A stretch of 63,308 nt of DNA, filler included, from Octopus bimaculoides (Eukaryota): the NCBI RefSeq assembly GCF_001194135.2. It is 3 parts of 3 records of this genome, joined end to end, with 100 filler letters (N's around TTAATTAATTAA, not from the genome) between each part and the next. Parts side by side here need not be neighbours in the genome. Positions count along the whole stretch, not along the records: positions 31,309 to 62,138 come from NC_068984.1; positions 62,239 to 63,308 come from NW_026351553.1; 1 more part is not named here. The stretch is one strand, 5' to 3'. This document shows positions 60,687 to 63,308 of the stretch, in pieces. Made by a program: the position numbers and the translations under genes. The notes under the pieces were generated by a model. It worked only from the letters and a program-made list of their open reading frames with translations. It was not told the origin of the DNA and did no database searches. The first letter of the stretch is position 1; each line of letters opens with the position of its first letter.

Positions 60687-62106
60687 NNNNNNNNNNNNNN
60701 NNNNNNNNNNNNNNNNNNNNNNNNNNNNNNNNNNNNNNNNNNNNNNNNNNNNNNNNNNNNNNNNNNNNNNNNNNNNNNNNNNNNNNNNNNNNNNNNNNNN
60801 NNNNNNNNNNNNNNNNNNNNNNNNNNNNNNNNNNNNNNNNNNNNNNNNNNNNNNNNNNNNNNNNNNNNNNNNNNNNNNNNNNNNNNNNNNNNNNNNNNNN
60901 NNNNNNNNNNNNNNNNNNNNNNNNNNNNNNNNNNNNNNNNNNNNNNNNNNNNNNNNNNNNNNNNNNNNNNNNNNNNNNNNNNNNNNNNNNNNNNNNNNNN
61001 NNNNNNNNNNNNNNNNNNNNNNNNNNNNNNNNNNNNNNNNNNNNNNNNNNNNNNNNNNNNNNNNNNNNNNNNNNNNNNNNNNNNNNNNNNNNNNNNNNNN
61101 NNNNNNNNNNNNNNNNNNNNNNNNNNNNNNNNNNNNNNNNNNNNNNNNNNNNNNNNNNNNNNNNNNNNNNNNNNNNNNNNNNNNNNNNNNNNNNNNNNNN
61201 NNNNNNTGTATATCCACATGCAAAAATATGTGTGCGTGTGCATGTATAGTGATATATGTACGTATGGATGTATGTATGCATTGGCATATTTTATATTACG
61301 TAATATACTAAATATCTGAAATTGTAATACATGCATATTTGCGAGAAACGCTAGCTGTAAGCTGGAAGTTAAATGGAAATTTTCGTCTTGCGAAAATGTC
61401 ATAAAAGTAATATATTGTAAACTTTAGAATATGGGGCCATGATTGTTAAATATCTACGAAACGCAACAGGATATAAAAGTAGAATTTAAAATATTGCTGA
61501 ACATGTATGAACATATATATATATATATATATATATATGCGTTAAATTCTAGCGCGTTTTATCCTACATTATAATAACAGACAACACAATCGTTGTGCGC
61601 ACAGTTAAACACAACTGATGGTCGATTTGCTGTTCTTGTATTCTTATTTATTTGCTTAGAATTCGATTTGCTTTTATAAAACTAGTAGGTGATACAATAA
61701 CTGTAAAATTATATGGAAGTTTCAAATTTAAAGACGCTTTCCTCTTTTGATAATTTTTATTTATGCAGTTTTACGAAGATGGGATTCATGATGCTTGAGC
61801 AAAACCAAATGATGCAATACGATTTTTAAACGGAAACAATTCAAGCAAGATTGACACCAACAGATAAAAGCTTTCAGATTCTGATACCTTTCGTTGTAAG
61901 TGAAAGAATAAAAGCGAAATACATGAAGAATAAAATGATAGAACTGAAATGATAAAAAAAAGAGAGAGTAGGAAGATATAATTACTTTTGAAAAAGTTAT
62001 GCATTTTTGTAGGAAAGTGGTGCACACGACAAGAAATATTATACACATGACAGGCTACTCCCAAATGTTGAAAATGCACATATTTACGTCGGTATACATA
62101 CATACA

Positions 62107-62138
<32 letters not shown>

Positions 62139-62238
62139 NNNNNNNNNNNNNNNNNNNNNNNNNNNNNNNNNNNNNNNNNNNNTTAATTAATTAANNNNNN
62201 NNNNNNNNNNNNNNNNNNNNNNNNNNNNNNNNNNNNNN
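62139..62238. other. Artificial 100-bp scaffold linker (44 N + TTAATTAATTAA + 44 N)
   Basis: Identical to 31209-31308. Confidence 0.93.
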
Positions 62239-62559
62239 ATCTTTAATTAGATTCCTTAAGGATCGTTCTCCTTGTTTATATATCCAAATAATAGTTGTGG
62301 GATTTACTTGAATTTTGGTGGCATTTGAAAATTGAGTTCAATTATAATAGAAAATTGACTATAACCTATAGTACATTGTAGTAATAATTTAGGAGTATTA
62401 TTATTGTTGATGGTTTTGTTAAAAATATTTCACTGAGACCCTCCAAATTATCTGTTAATAATAATAATATAACTTTTAATAATGAAGATCAATCCTAGAT
62501 TTCGGCATAAAATTTGGACAGTTTATAAGAGGAGGTTTTCTAGATTGAAACGAGTTGTA

Positions 62560-62594
<35 letters not shown>

Positions 62595-63308
62595 GTATAT
62601 AATATTAGATATGAAGGCAGGCCATATGTAAATATTAAATATTAAAGTTATAGGTAGTGGTTGGGAATTTGCCATTAAAATCTAGGCACAAATTAGTATG
62701 GATTAATTATAATGAAGAGTTAATTATAACTTGTAATACAGTACAGTACAATATAGTCTATTATTAGATCTTAAAGCAGAATATATAAGTGTATAACTTG
62801 ACAATAATAAATGTAGGTATTGAATTAAATACTAGAGATAGGCTGGCACACTGTGGATCTCCAATAAGATGTGAATTGTTTATAATTTATAGTATGGAGT
62901 CCGTAGAATATAATAATTATAGCAGACAATATTAATATGTTAAAGTATAAATTAAGTATATCACATGTGGGTTTTGAAAAAATTCCTAGAAGTAATTATT
63001 TCTATTGCAATTGAAAATTTTTTTAGTTCATAGTTTATGGTAATATGTAGTATAATATTGGGTTTTAAGGCAGACATATCAATGTAAAATTAGTCAATAG
63101 TAATTGTAGCTTTCCAGTGGCCATTAAGATAATTTATATATCTTGAATAATTAATAATAAATAAGAGATGGTTTAGTAATTTAGTAATTATTGGTAGTGG
63201 AGTAATAATCATAGAACTTACCAAGGAGTTACCTCCCCTATTATAAATTAGAGGAGGTAAACAGAGAAGATTTCGTATTTAACCGAAAATGGTATAGTTT
63301 TAAATTTG

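Noticed and set aside
12989-62190. Many long ORFs in the track made of X runs, or YI/HT/CV/MYVC/SL repeats
   Set aside because: They are translations of N gaps and of (TA)n, (CA)n, (ATGT)n and (AG)n microsatellites, not genes.
62239-63308. Mitochondrial insertion (ND2/ND4/ATP6-like NUMT)
   Set aside because: I translated stretches on both strands in the mitochondrial code and found no convincing diagnostic motif in a consistent frame. The resemblances were at chance level.

Overview
This is AT-rich eukaryotic DNA, full of microsatellites and gaps. I infer an octopus (coleoid cephalopod) draft assembly from the SINE families and the style of the C2H2 zinc-finger gene. Two identical 100-bp artificial linkers (44 N + TTAATTAATTAA + 44 N, at 31209-31308 and 62139-62238) split the window into three pieces that may not be adjacent in the genome. 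Two genes are well supported. The first is a single-coding-exon tandem C2H2 zinc-finger gene (2585-3685, +). The second is a complete 4-exon mitochondrial ribosomal protein L15 gene (MRPL15, - strand; exons 17744-17848, 12512-12666, 9067-9229, 7571-8029; 293 aa), which I spliced by hand and found to have GT-AG introns with matching phases. A possible third gene start (31309-31449, -) is cut off by a linker. The rest is repeats: at least four tRNA-derived or (ATG)n-tailed SINE-like families (my labels A-D), one full-length dead mariner, MITEs, relics of RTE, CR1/L2 and Penelope retroelements, several unrelated long palindromes, and microsatellites. I found no clear new multi-gene system. The best leads are the dense dsRNA-forming structure in the MRPL15 introns (with a possible restorative A-to-I site in exon 2), an apparently frameshift-rescued start in the ZNF gene, a hairpin pairing a splice acceptor with an AUG, and a tRNA-Ile-like sequence enclosed by inverted repeats. 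Repeat boundaries were read by eye and are approximate. Family comparisons come from recalled consensus motifs, not database searches.
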